From: Octopus bimaculoides
Lineage: Eukaryota
Assembly: GCF_001194135.2 (NCBI RefSeq)
Contig: NC_068992.1
Location: 27,601,650-27,665,649, forward strand
DNA: 64,000 bases
Reading direction: 5' to 3'
The notes under the pieces were generated by a model, which saw nothing but the letters and a program-made list of their open reading frames with translations, did no database searches and had not been told where the DNA came from. Below, piece by piece: positions 1-11,557 of the stretch (position 1 is its first letter; each line of letters opens with the position of its first letter). Made by a program: the position numbers and the translations under genes.

Positions 1-377
1 CTCTACCCGGAATTCATTGCTGTACTCATTTCCAACCCTCACCTTACTGGCCGCATCTCTGTACATGGCTCGCACAGCTCTCACTAGCCATTCTTCTATC
101 CCAAGTTTCCTCATTGACCACCAGATAAGGGATCGGGGGACCCTGTCAAAGGCTTTCTCCATGTCAACGAAAGCCAGGTACAGAGGTTTATCCTTGGCTA
201 GGTATTTCTCTTGCAACTGTCTCACTAGAAATAAGGCATCAGTAGTGCTTTTACCTGGCACGAACCCAAACTGCATCTCATCTAAATTGATTCGCTCCCT
301 AATTAGTTGGGCTATGACCCTCTCTGTAACTTTCATAACCTGATCTAACAGCTTGATGCCTCTGTAATTATTTGTAT
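1..377 (-). mobile_element. RTE-clade LINE, reverse transcriptase N-terminal half (continues beyond window start)
   Basis: Reverse strand reads without stops: TNNYRGIKLLDQVMKVTERV...DEMQFGFVPGKSTTDALFLVRQLQEKYLAKDKPLYLAFVDMEKAFDRVP..., with the NYRGI, QFGF and FVDxEKAFDRV motifs of non-LTR RTs. Confidence 0.92.
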
Positions 378-789
378 GATGAATGTGAATATAAAAAAAA
401 ATATTTCCCAATCTCTCTATATTTGTAATTGTGTGGTTATATTGGTTATTAATGAATTCTTGTCTCTTTAGGAACTTTTTTACTAGGAGGAGTGGATTCC
501 CAGTCCTATGCTCCCCCCCCCTTTGTCGCTTCTTACATCATGCAAGGAATATGGCGACTGCATTCTATTGCATCCCCCACCCCCACCAGTCGCATGGGTT
601 TGCTAGTTAATCCATAACTGGGACCCTTACAGGTGCTACCACTCTGGGTCAAAGTAGACCTGGGAACAATAGTGGCTTAGAGGTGGTTCAACACTCCTCA
701 AACCCTGAAACCAGGTCCTCAGGGTCCCACTACCAGATGTAGTTTAGAGTCATACCTAGGGGGGAGGGGAGTAAAACACTTTGAGTTGT

Positions 790-1420
790 GAAAGATATGC
801 TGAGAGATAAAAGGTTGAGTATGAAAGTGAAAAGAGGTGTGAATGAGAGCGTGATTGTGCCGATAATGTTATATGCTGCAGAGATGTGGGGTCTGAGAGA
901 GGTGGAAAGGAGGTGACTAGATGTATTTGAGGGCTATGGTTGGCATGACGTGGATGGACAGAATGAGGAATAAGGAGGTGCGAAGACGTGAAGAAGTGAG
1001 AGAAAATTTAACAACCAAAATGGATAGATGAATGTTGAGGTGGTTTGGCCACATAGAGAAGATGGATGAGGAAATGTTGGTAAGGAGGGTGATGAAGGCA
1101 GAAGTGGTAGGCAGCAGAAACAGAGGCAGACCTCCGATTGTGTGGATGGATGGAGTGAGGAAAGCTTTGGTGGTTAGAAGTGTTGGAGTGAGAGAGGCGT
1201 GGACGGATGAGTGAATTTTGATGTTGCTCAAAGAGGTACAGAACCAGTATGATGCGGTGGGAGTAAACCAGCATATGCTGTCAGGCCCTGTTCCTGATAT
1301 CAGGAGTTGCTTTCTATGCCTTGACCTGAGCACAGGATGGAGCTCACCTCTTTGAGCTGGGACATAAATGAAATGCCTGGTGTGTGTGTCTTGTTGTGGC
1401 TACTCCATCCTATGGGGAAT
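790..1420 (+). mobile_element. Decayed RTE LINE 3' fragment (post-RT region and probable 3' UTR)
   Basis: Reads VIVPIMLYAAEMWGL..., then ORF 1032-1214 LRWFGHIEKMDEE...GSRNRGRPPIVWMDGV, the LRWFGH / RGRP..W RTE C-terminal signature. Stops and frameshifts present; 3' boundary approximate. Confidence 0.8.
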
Positions 1421-2549
1421 TTAGGCCTTGGTAAATAAAAAAGATTTATAAATTGTGCTAATATATATCAATAGAAAAGTAACGCACACAAAATAATAAG
1501 ATATACAATTGTGTATTAAAACCTACAGTAAGTTTTACAATATGATTTTTTCCAGTACATACTAGGTGTGCAGTCCAATTCACCGTCATGCTAAGTCACA
1601 AAATTTTCTGATATATATACATAAATATATATATATGTGTGTATATACATACACACACACAAACACACACAATAAACTATGAAATTAAGTCAACATAATA
1701 CCTGATTTCTTCATAAATATTAATAAATACTTTGAGCACTTGCTATTATTCTAAATTCATTGACTAAAGCAAGTGACTACTATTAGACAAACAAGGATAC
1801 AAAGGAAAACTGGACATAACATATCAGAAAAATTATACAGATCATGAACCAAATGTGTAAATATTATTTAGTAACTAGCAAAAAACCCTAGTGTTTCTAT
1901 TAGCATAATAAAATGAAGATATTCTGCTTGGTAGACCCTTTCAGGAATCATGAAAAGAAAACTGAGTGCTACAACAAAATCAGTGACAACAAGAATGGTA
2001 CAACAATAGATATAATACAAACATGAATATTATCAAAGCCCAAAAGAATTCACAAATGCTCTGGGGTCATGGTGATGCATAGGTCATCCAAGAATCACAG
2101 GTCATCCAGGAATTACATTCTTTATAAGATGTTGATCTATTATAGTAAACAATCACAAAAAAATAAATTTAAATAGTATCAATCCCTAACAACTAGTGGA
2201 ACCAAAATGTGCATGATAAAGCTGTCCAAATGCAAAACTAATGCTTGTAGTCGATTTGAACAGAAAATCTTTGATGGTAGGGTAATATTTCGTCCAGTAA
2301 TCCTACAAGCAAGCATGAAAAAAATGGATATAAAACAATAAAATAAGAATATTTATGATCTTTACTAATAGAATTGTAACAGGTACACCACATCTGTTTC
2401 ATCTCATATTTCTCAGAACACAGACAAAGCATTAAGTCTGGGAAAAGAACTTCTATAGAGCTCACATTGCATTAACATTCTTGGCTTGCTTGTTACAATA
2501 AAAAGAAAACAATAGAATGAGCAGGATCCAGTTCTTAAACCCTTCTGAA

Positions 2550-3220
2550 AACTGCACACAAAATACTGTTGCCAGAGACATCATAAAATGTGTCATTACA
2601 TGTTAATGCTCCAAGTATTTGGGGAATGAAGTGGCTGTAAAAATCTATGTATTTATTTAAAGCTCAAACATCACTTTCATTACTATGTTTCCCATTTTGT
2701 TGACATTCATCAAACAATTGTTATGGTATTTGAATTAACAGGCACAAGAGTTGTATATATGATCAGATGTAGCAGATTGATGAAAGAAGGATCATTTGTT
2801 TTTATTTGGTTGTAGAGGTTAAATGCTAGGCATTCAAGTTCTGTGAAAAAAGAATGGATAAGAAGAGAATTTTGTAGAGCTGCATGTTCAGAGAGGAAAG
2901 TATTTAGTGCAGCATTTGGTAGAGACACATGTATCACATTAGCTTATATGAAGATAGTATTCAGTATGCTAGTCAAGAGATCAAAAGCTATTGTAGTTAA
3001 CCAGATGAAGTAGAGAAAAGACACAGCACAACTGTATGCTAGCGATTTTTCACATAATGGTGTGGAGTGTAAATACTTTCCAGTCACATTGTATGGTCCT
3101 TTATGTGCCATATGATGTATAGCAGAAGCAGAGCTCCAGATGTGTGTGCACTATTGTAGGTCTTAATTCAACCTTGTAGAGGTTGACCAAGTGATTACAA
3201 CTGGCTCTGAAGAGAAACTT
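2550..3220 (-). mobile_element. Highly decayed CR1/Jockey-group LINE 3' fragment
   Basis: Reverse strand gives LVNLYKVELRPT.. / *CTHIWSSASA, matching the LYKxxIRPxLEYCSHIW motif downstream of the RT in CR1-like LINEs. Many disruptions; boundaries approximate. Confidence 0.55.
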
Positions 3221-4163
3221 TAATTTTTGCAAAGAATTTTCCCCTTTTCATTAATCATCAGTATGGAGAATAGTAAAAAGGGAAATAGACTGATAAAATA
3301 AGCTATTGTTCAGCCTCAGCTCAACTAAAATAAAAGGCACTCCTACCATGACCATGATAGTTTTTTTGCTTTTTCTGTATCTTATCTAGGACAATATTAT
3401 CCAATTCATACATTCTTTTTTAAGAAGGTGATGGTGTGATTTGAGGAAGATTTTACTGCTATTTCTAGAAGAGCAAGCACCCATGTAGAGGCTGCCCCAT
3501 TCACGGATAAATTAGGAGGATGTTTACAACTATTTCCATCATCTGTAAGTTGCAGGATAAAAAGTAAGTTGATCGTTGTAGCATTAGAGAAGTTGTCTTT
3601 TTAAAAATGGCGAATACTATCATATGCTTTTACAGTTTGAGGTTAATCTCCATACAGAGATGGCTACTGTCTTAATAAGGAGACAGAAAGATGAGTTATA
3701 CCACTTATAACTACATGAAGCTCTTCCAGTTCATCAAAAGATATTTCTTTTCATATCTACACATCAACATCATTTCTGGTTTTCTTTAAGTATTTTAAAA
3801 TGCTCTCTCTCTCCCTCTCTCATTCATGCACGCACGCACACACACACACACACACATTTTCTTTGTAGGATCTTGATGTGAAATGTAGTGTTGAAACAAG
3901 ATTTTGTTTCTTGGGAGGGTCATTTTGCCAATAAAAATGCACTTTGTTTATTACTAGTCAACTAGTTAAATAATTAGCTAATTAACTAATCAAATTAACT
4001 AATTGCTTAATCAATCAATCAATCAATCAGTCTGTCTGTCAATCCTTTCATCACCGATTACAATCTCATCAGTGATGTGTGCTCATTACTTCAGATCAAT
4101 CACAATGCTTGATATACTGAGTATTGTTTCCGAATATATATTCAGTATATCCAGCTTGTCATG

Positions 4164-4201
<38 letters not shown>

Positions 4202-4524
4202 AGATACATATAAATGTGGTAAATTAGCATTGGATAGAACACTTTACAGTATTTGTTTATACTCTTTGCATTCTGAATGAAACCTTCATGGTGTCAACCT
4301 TCACCTTTCAAGGTCAATAGAGCTAGAGAATTGACCCCAGTACTGAACTGGTATTCTCTCTTTCTCTGTTTGCCTGTCCATCCATTTGTCTGTCTCTCTC
4401 CTTATATGTTTCTTGCTCTAACTCTCTAGAACGCAAATGAAAGGTCCAGCTTTGTCGTACAGTGATACGCTGATTCAGTCTAAGAGTTATACTAAAGTTA
4501 CACGTCAGTGGAAAAGTAAGCCAT

Positions 4525-4748
4525 TTAACCCTTTAGTATTCAGATTACTCTGTCAAATCTAATGTTTATTTATGCACACTGTTTTGAATTAATCATGCAT
4601 CATTTCACAGTTGTGATATTCCAATGAGGTGCTTGTTTTTCCTTAGAATGACATTGTAGGGTAACTGTGAGAAGCCAGATCTAGTTGGTTTGAACATAAA
4701 ACAGAATATTTTGGCCAGATATGGTTGTTTTAAGTGCTAAAAGGTTAA
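4525..4748. mobile_element. TTAA-bounded MITE (piggyBac-like ends), copy 1
   Basis: Begins TTAACCCTTTAG, ends CTAAAAGGTTAA; internal sequence clearly homologous to 48215-48439. Confidence 0.8.
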
Positions 4749-5179
4749 ATGTCAATCTCATAAGAAGGAATTCTCCTGACTGAATAACCGAATCCTCATC
4801 ATCAAAACCACAGGAGACTCCCTCATGTACGTATGTGTGTGCCACCACATCATTTTTTTGAAGCCTACTAATGAAGTTAGTTAAGTTTGCTGTTGGTGAA
4901 AACAATTCTGTCCGAGTAAATATAAGTAATTTTCATATATGTTTGTTTTTTGTTAGATTTCTGAAATATTGGACATTGGTATATTAATCCTGAAGACTAT
5001 TATCATAACTCTGAACAATCTAAGAACAATGCTAAATGTTCTTGGATTATTTTGTGATCATACAGATATATTGTATGGATCACTGGGAGCACATGCCTTA
5101 ATTTCTATATATAAATTTATCTGGTATTGCACACTGCTTCTTAGCCTAACACAAAAAAAGAAACATATATACATATATA

Positions 5180-5542
5180 TCATCATCATCATTGTTTAAC
5201 GTCCATTTTCCATGCTAGCATGGGTTGGATGATTTGACTGAGGACTGGCGAACCAGATGGCTGCACCACACTACAATCTGATCTGGCAGAGTTTTTACAG
5301 CTGGATACCCTTCCTAACGCCAACCACTCCAAGAGAGTAGTGGGTGCTTTTTACGTGTCACTGGCATGAGGGCCAGTCTGGTGGTACTGGCAACGACCAC
5401 GCTCAAATGGTGTTTTTTACATGCCACCTGCACAGGAGCCAGTCCAGCGGCACTGGCAACGACCTCGCTCGAATGTCTTTTCATGTGCCACTGGCACAAG
5501 TACCACTGCGGCAATGCTAGTAATGATCACACTCAAATGGTG

Positions 5543-5545
<3 letters not shown>
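5180..5545 (-). mobile_element. RTE LINE 3' UTR copy (or RTE-tail SINE) ending in (GAT)n
   Basis: Reverse complement of the 3' UTR following the RTE ORF at 24844-26259 (ggcgttaggaagggcatccagctgtagaaac...gcatggaaaatggacgttaaacgatgatg). Confidence 0.85.
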
Positions 5546-5546
<1 letters not shown>

Positions 5547-5607
<61 letters not shown>

Positions 5608-5863
5608 CACATATACACACATACACACACACATGCACACACATACACGCATATACATATACATATATGCATACACATATATATACACATATATACATAT
5701 ACACATATACACACACATATATACATATACACATATACACACACACACATACATACATATATACATATACACATATACATATATGCATAAACATATATAC
5801 ATAAACATATATAAATAAACTTATATACATAAACATATATACATAAACATATATATATATATA
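5547..5863. repeat. Compound (TA)n/(TACA)n microsatellite flanking a gap
   Basis: Directly visible dinucleotide and tetranucleotide tract. Confidence 0.95.
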
Positions 5864-6348
5864 NNNNNNNNNNNNNNNNNNNNNNNNNNNNNNNNNNNNN
5901 NNNNNNNNNNNNNNNNNNNNNNNNNNNNNNNNNNNNNNNNNNNNNNNNNNNNNNNNNNNNNNNNNNNNNNNNNNNNNNNNNNNNNNNNNNNNNNNNNNNN
6001 NNNNNNNNNNNNNNNNNNNNNNNNNNNNNNNNNNNNNNNNNNNNNNNNNNNNNNNNNNNNNNNNNNNNNNNNNNNNNNNNNNNNNNNNNNNNNNNNNNNN
6101 NNNNNNNNNNNNNNNNNNNNNNNNNNNNNNNNNNNNNNNNNNNNNNNNNNNNNNNNNNNNNNNNNNNNNNNNNNNNNNNNNNNNNNNNNNNNNNNNNNNN
6201 NNNNNNNNNNNNNNNNNNNNNNNNNNNNNNNNNNNNNNNNNNNNNNNNNNNNNNNNNNNNNNNNNNNNNNNNNNNNNNNNNNNNNNNNNNNNNNNNNNNN
6301 NNNNNNNNNNNNNNNNNNNNNNNNNNNNNNNNNNNNNNNNNNNNNNNN
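5864..6348. other. Assembly gap (N run)
   Basis: Run of N. Other gaps: 18137-18187, 46252-46350, 54743-55179, 57170-57470, 59850-60569. Confidence 1.
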
Positions 6349-6354
6349 CTGTAT

Positions 6355-6416
<62 letters not shown>

Positions 6417-6423
6417 ATATACA

Positions 6424-6618
6424 CAGCTAAAGTGCTAAAACTCCAACAGATAGCAATACTTGTAACTCACAAAGGCAAAAGAAGAAGAAAAAACAACGAA
6501 ACTAACCAGTCTTAGTTAATCATAGACTAAGACTGGTTAGTTTCGTTGTTTTTTCTTCTTGTTTTGCCTTTGTGAGTTACAAGTATTGCTATCTGTTGGA
6601 GTTTTAGCACTTTAGCTG
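6424..6618. repeat. Near-perfect palindrome, 93-bp arms with 9-nt loop
   Basis: 6424-6516 is the reverse complement of 6526-6618 with one mismatch (at 6481); loop TAATCATAG. Confidence 0.95.
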
Positions 6619-7135
6619 CTATTTCTGAACTTCGGTATGTGGTGAAGCAACTGTTGCTGATCCCTTAATTATGTTTATAAATTTATAAGAACTTTTAAAT
6701 AAGTTCTTTACCGATAATGGTGTTTACATACCTAAGTGCTTGGTAAAAATTATTAATTATTAATTTATTAATAAATTAATAATCCTTTACCCTTTTATTT
6801 GTAATATATATATATATATATTTACATATATATCATCAATGTATCATATATCTGAAAAAGAAGCACACTCTAAAGCATAGAGCAGTAATGTATTTATAAG
6901 TAGTCAAGTCTATGTCCAGTCATAGAATGACCAATGGTTTCGTATCCACAAAGGGCTTAGCTCTGTAAGAGTCTGACAAGATGTTCATGGTACTAAGCCC
7001 TTTGTGGATGCAAAACCATTGGTCACTCTATGGCCGGACATAGCCTTATCTACTTATACATACATACATACATACATACATACATACATACATACATACA
7101 TGCATGCACACACACACACACACATAAGGTTGGTA

Positions 7136-7860
7136 ATCTTTAATCCAGAATTCCTATTTCAGGAAAGCTCCAAAATACAAAAAATTTTTCAAGTGAGAGA
7201 ATTGCTCCAAATAAAAAATTCCAGAAAATTGTTATAGTAAAAGTGAAAAGTAAAAAAGTGATTATATCTATGTATAGGAAGTAAAAATGTTGGAAAAACT
7301 TCACGTATATGACATAAAAAAGGTTAAAAATAAAAAAAAAAAAATAGAAAAAAAATTGCTGAAAGTGATAATCTGAAGTTGATAAACTATATAAGACCAT
7401 AAAGCAAAAAATCAAAATCTTGATTGTATAATGATAGGATGGATTGATTAACTGAATGACTCTAGTTGTGAGCATTCATCTCAGAACAAGAAATTATAAC
7501 AAATATGTGAAATTAAAGGGAGACCCTTGTGAATAAGACAGATATCACTGTATTTAATTTTAGCTCCACATAAAAATCTGTCACTATAACATGATTAGCC
7601 TTATTATATATATATATATATACATATACACAAACAAAATTATTAAAATGGTTTTAAACTCACTAAATAATATATAAAATATATATAAAATATATGTATA
7701 AACTGTATTGCAAAATGTAAATGATTAACATTTCCAGGTTTCAGTTCCATTCCAAGCTATCCCATTTTAGAAATGCAATTATACAATCATTCCAAAATCT
7801 GGAAAAAAAATTCATAATTCAAAACACTTCCTGTTCTAAGCACTTTGGATAAAGTAAAGA
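7136..7860. mobile_element. Possible decayed Tigger/pogo-type MITE ends
   Basis: 7136-7190 (aggttggtaatctttaatcc...gctccaaaat) and 7785-7850 (cattccaaaatctgg...aaacacttcctgttctaagcactttggataa) recall Tigger4/Zombi-type termini. Recognition from memory, heavily diverged. Confidence 0.35.
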
Positions 7861-8624
7861 ACCATGAACTTGTGTGTCTATATGTATAATTGAAGCATCA
7901 TTCTATATAATATATATATATATACACACACACATTAAGTAGATAATATAGAATGGGGGTGAGCTGATAGCATACCAGACAACAAGCTAAAAAAATCAAC
8001 AGTTCATTTTTGCCACTTGCACTATATTGTATCCATGGTGAAGACACTTGACTCTCAATGAACAAGTGGAGTTAGTTCTAAATAGGTACCCCAGGTGGTA
8101 AAATTAATCAGCAGCATTAAAGAATTGATCAGTGAAACATTGGCCAGCAGCATTGTGCTCAATTCCACTCATAAGGAAAGCTACTTGGAAAAGATTAACA
8201 GTCCTATTCAGAGGGAGAAGTGCAAAAATATACACTGGCCTTGAAAACCCAAATCCTCTGGTCTGACCGCCACTACTGCTTCCCATGTTGTTATTGTTTA
8301 TGTTTTTCTCTTTTCCATATATATATATTGGCTGATACCTTTAATCCCTAACAGCTGACTACACTGACCTTCACATATATTAAAATTTCAATTCTAATTC
8401 ATCATATCTGAATAATTTCTCAAGCTTTTACAGGTGTTTCTTACATTTTCAATGCCCATGTTCATTTACATGCAGCAACATTCTGGCTTATGCAGAGAGA
8501 GAGACAGACAGACAGACAGAAAGAAAGAGATTCTTTAATGTCAACAGACAGAGGTAACAACTCTCTGAACTACAGTTCTATATTTAAGAGATCAGGAATT
8601 ATGTATATTATTTACAGTATTTAC

Positions 8625-8755
8625 ATTTGACGGATATTTGTCCTCATCTTGTTTGTTGTTAACATGTTTCGACTGATATACCCTCCAGCTTTCATCAGGT
8701 GTTTTGGGGAAATTTTAAACCTGGGTTCTCATTCCTAAGGTATTTTTCAATGTTG

Positions 8756-8797
<42 letters not shown>

Positions 8798-8822
8798 TCA
8801 CTGCCTGGAATCGAACTCGGAA
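8625..8822 (-). mobile_element. tRNA-derived SINE, 5'-truncated, with hammerhead-like module in tail
   Basis: Reverse strand: B-box GAGTTCGATTCC, then CAGGCAGTGACCTGA, (AAT)n, CCTTAGGAATGAGAACCCAGG, CTGATGA...GAAAC, and the same tail as 8885-9108. Confidence 0.85.
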
Positions 8823-8884
8823 TTAAGGAAGGATAGGAAAATATTAGATTTATAGGCCCTAAAATTCACTCCATAATTGCCCAA

Positions 8885-9108
8885 GGGGTTATGGCAAAGT
8901 GGTTAAGAGCATGGGCTACTAACTCCAAGATTCCAAGTTCAATTTCAGGCAGTGACCTGAATAGTAATAATAATAATAATAATAACAACAACATCGAAAA
9001 ATATCTTAGGAATGAGAACCCAGGCTGGAGGGTATATTAGGTGAAACGTTGTATTAACAACAAACAAGATGAGGACAAATATCCATCAAATGTAAATAAT
9101 GTAAATAA
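8885..9108 (+). mobile_element. tRNA-derived SINE of the same family, internally deleted
   Basis: A-box TGGCAAAGTGG, degenerate B-box AAGTTCAATTTC, (AAT)n spacer; tail homologous to the inverted copy at 8625-8822. Confidence 0.85.
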
Positions 9109-9705
9109 GCTCTCTGAGCTTCTTTTCAAGTTTCTATTGTAGATATTTTGCTGCAATCACTTTTCTTGAATCAGTCACTCCAACCACAAAGTAAGCAATG
9201 AAAGTAAACAAAACTACCAACTACATCCAACAAGCTACTTGAACAATTCATAGACTTTACTTCAAAACTACTCCTTCTGTCAAATACTCTATACATCTAA
9301 TACATTTAAAAACCCTATCTCTGTTAATTTGCAAGTAATTCTAATATATTATTTGTGTACCCAATGCAAGATCTTTTGTTTTTAATGACCACTGAATTTC
9401 TATCAACAAATGTCATTTCCTACATGATATACTTCTTTAATAAATATTTTGGTATCTGCCATTCTAAGTTTTAGGCCCTAAATCACTTTTCTGCAGTTCT
9501 TCAATATATTTTAATTCAATAGATGGTCACAATAGGAAAGTTCTCAAAGATATTCACACCTAAACCTCAATATATAGAATGAAACTAAGAATATAACCCT
9601 GAAAGAACACCTACTTGTGCTGTGTGGGTAGAACAGAGGCAATAATTGTGTAATTAAACCTATTTGGATACCAGCCTGAAAAATATAGTATAGACATAAT
9701 ATTAC

Positions 9706-9760
<55 letters not shown>

Positions 9761-11239
9761 GATTATATACATCACTGGTAGCTCTTTTCCAAAATTCTAG
9801 GTTCTAACAGTTAGGAAAATGACAATGTGTGTACATATATGTGAGTATTTGTATGGAACTGAAATTGTGCTGAAAGATATTCCTTCCTATACTGCCATAA
9901 AAGTGACTATTTTTCAGATATTTTACCTCAGTCATATTGTTAATGTATGAACTATATGAAAGCATCCTATTCAAACAGTTTAGAAGTGATATCTAAAACA
10001 TAAAACTGCATAGATTTTAAAGTTAAAAAGCAGTGTTTAAATTCTCAAAAACATCAAACAGTATTTTATATAACTGTGTGTGTATGCATTGTTTTGTTTA
10101 TTTTGCAGGATAAAAACGTGTATGTGTGCATGTACATGCGTGCAAATGTATGTATTACTGTAAGATACATTTTTATATAGTGTATCATATGCGAGTAGAT
10201 GTGTCTTTATGTATATCACAAACACAAATATACCAGCAATACTCACAATACACATGCAATCAATATCAAATCAAAATGTTTCTAGGTTAAACAATTCTAA
10301 GTGAATTAGAACTTAAGTATTGTTATATAAGTTTTAAAGTTACATATAAAAATAAAACATTAAAACTGAAATATGATACTAAAATGATATATGGCCTTAT
10401 TCTTTAAACCGTGGAGTAATCTCTCTAAGATGTGTGCAGATGTATTTCATGTGGTTACATGATTGACTGATGGAGTAAAGGTTTTTTTGAAAGACAAAAG
10501 TTGAGAGAATAAAGTGATCTTAAGTGAGAACAATAAAAACAACATAGCAATTTTAATTAGAAAAAGTCCTCTTTCTTCCAGTGCCTCCACACTAAATTTG
10601 GTATATGTGATAAGAGTAAAACTTTTCTCCCTAAATTGTGCAGTAAGAAAACTGTTTCAAAACAATGATATAGAAGAACAATAAATGTATTTTTACCATT
10701 ACTGAATAAGCAAGCATTTATTTAAACTATAAATTAATACTGATCTAAAATTGAGTATTTTTGATGGCTCTGAATTTTGTATTTCTCAAGTTCATTTGTA
10801 TATGTATGTGTGTGCATGTTATATAACATAGTCACAAATCCAGCTTGAGATTCTAACCAATGACAGAGCCACTATGCTGTTACAATAAACAGCAACCAAT
10901 TTTCCTTCAAACCACATTCTATCATCTAAGAAAGAGGAAGGCCACATTGGATAATGTAGCCCAAGCTATATCTGAAAAATGATGGGATGGTTACATAGAT
11001 TTTTCTAAGAGTTAACCTGAGGCTAACAACAGCAATGATGACCACCTTCAATAAACACTACACATACAATAAACATGTTTCATGCATTTTGTTTTAAAGA
11101 TCATTTCTTATCATTCATACAGTATAGCCTCAAGATCATTGATTTTGCCACTTTGCCATGCATGTATACAAAGTCAAGGCACAATGAGGCCCTAGATTAA
11201 ACATACTTGGTCAAGTACTCCTGTTATAAAAACTCCCTT

Positions 11240-11557
11240 CGATCAAGAATGACCATGTGGTCACACCTAGAAAGTTCCCCTCCAAGGCACAAGTCTGGGC
11301 AAGGTTGTTTATGGAAGACCAGCAGTCACCCATGCATACCAACCTCTCCTCTCCACACCACTGATGTTATCCAAGGGAAAGGCAAAGGGGCTGATACAGT
11401 TTGACACCAGGGATGTTGCAACTCATTTCTACATCTGAGTGAACTGGAGCAACATGAAACAAAATGTCTTGCTCAAGAATGCCACTCAGAGCCCAGTCTG
11501 GGAATCAAACTCACTACCTCATGATTGTGAGCCCGTTGCTCTAACCACTGAGCCATG
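11240..11557 (-). mobile_element. tRNA-derived SINE (second family)
   Basis: Reverse strand begins GACATGGCTCAGTGGTTAGAGC (A-box)...GAGTTTGATTCCC (B-box), then TTGAGCAAGACATTT...GTTGCTCCAGTTCACTCAG, a core typical of animal tRNA SINEs. Confidence 0.75.

Noticed and set aside
2180-2302. - strand acceptor followed by DYWTKYYPTIKDFL... as a possible terminal exon
   Set aside because: All three frames give similarly short peptides and nothing discriminates among them.
4681-4905. ORF ...VHEGVSCGFDDEDSVIQSGEF... and a TGATGA-GGATTC hammerhead-like word near 4800
   Set aside because: The ORF runs into a MITE and lacks splice support; the ribozyme-like word lacks C3 and the GAAA box.
5366-6424. Long ORFs rich in YI/YT/CV/HT, here and at 13.2, 20.2, 29.5 and 54.0 kb
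   Set aside because: Translations of TA/CA/TACA microsatellites, not genes.
8104-8286. ORF MGSSSGGQTRGFGF... (-) and an overlapping open + frame VPQVVKLISS...
   Set aside because: No convincing acceptor/donor pair or recognisable motif on either strand; cannot be tied to either gene chain.
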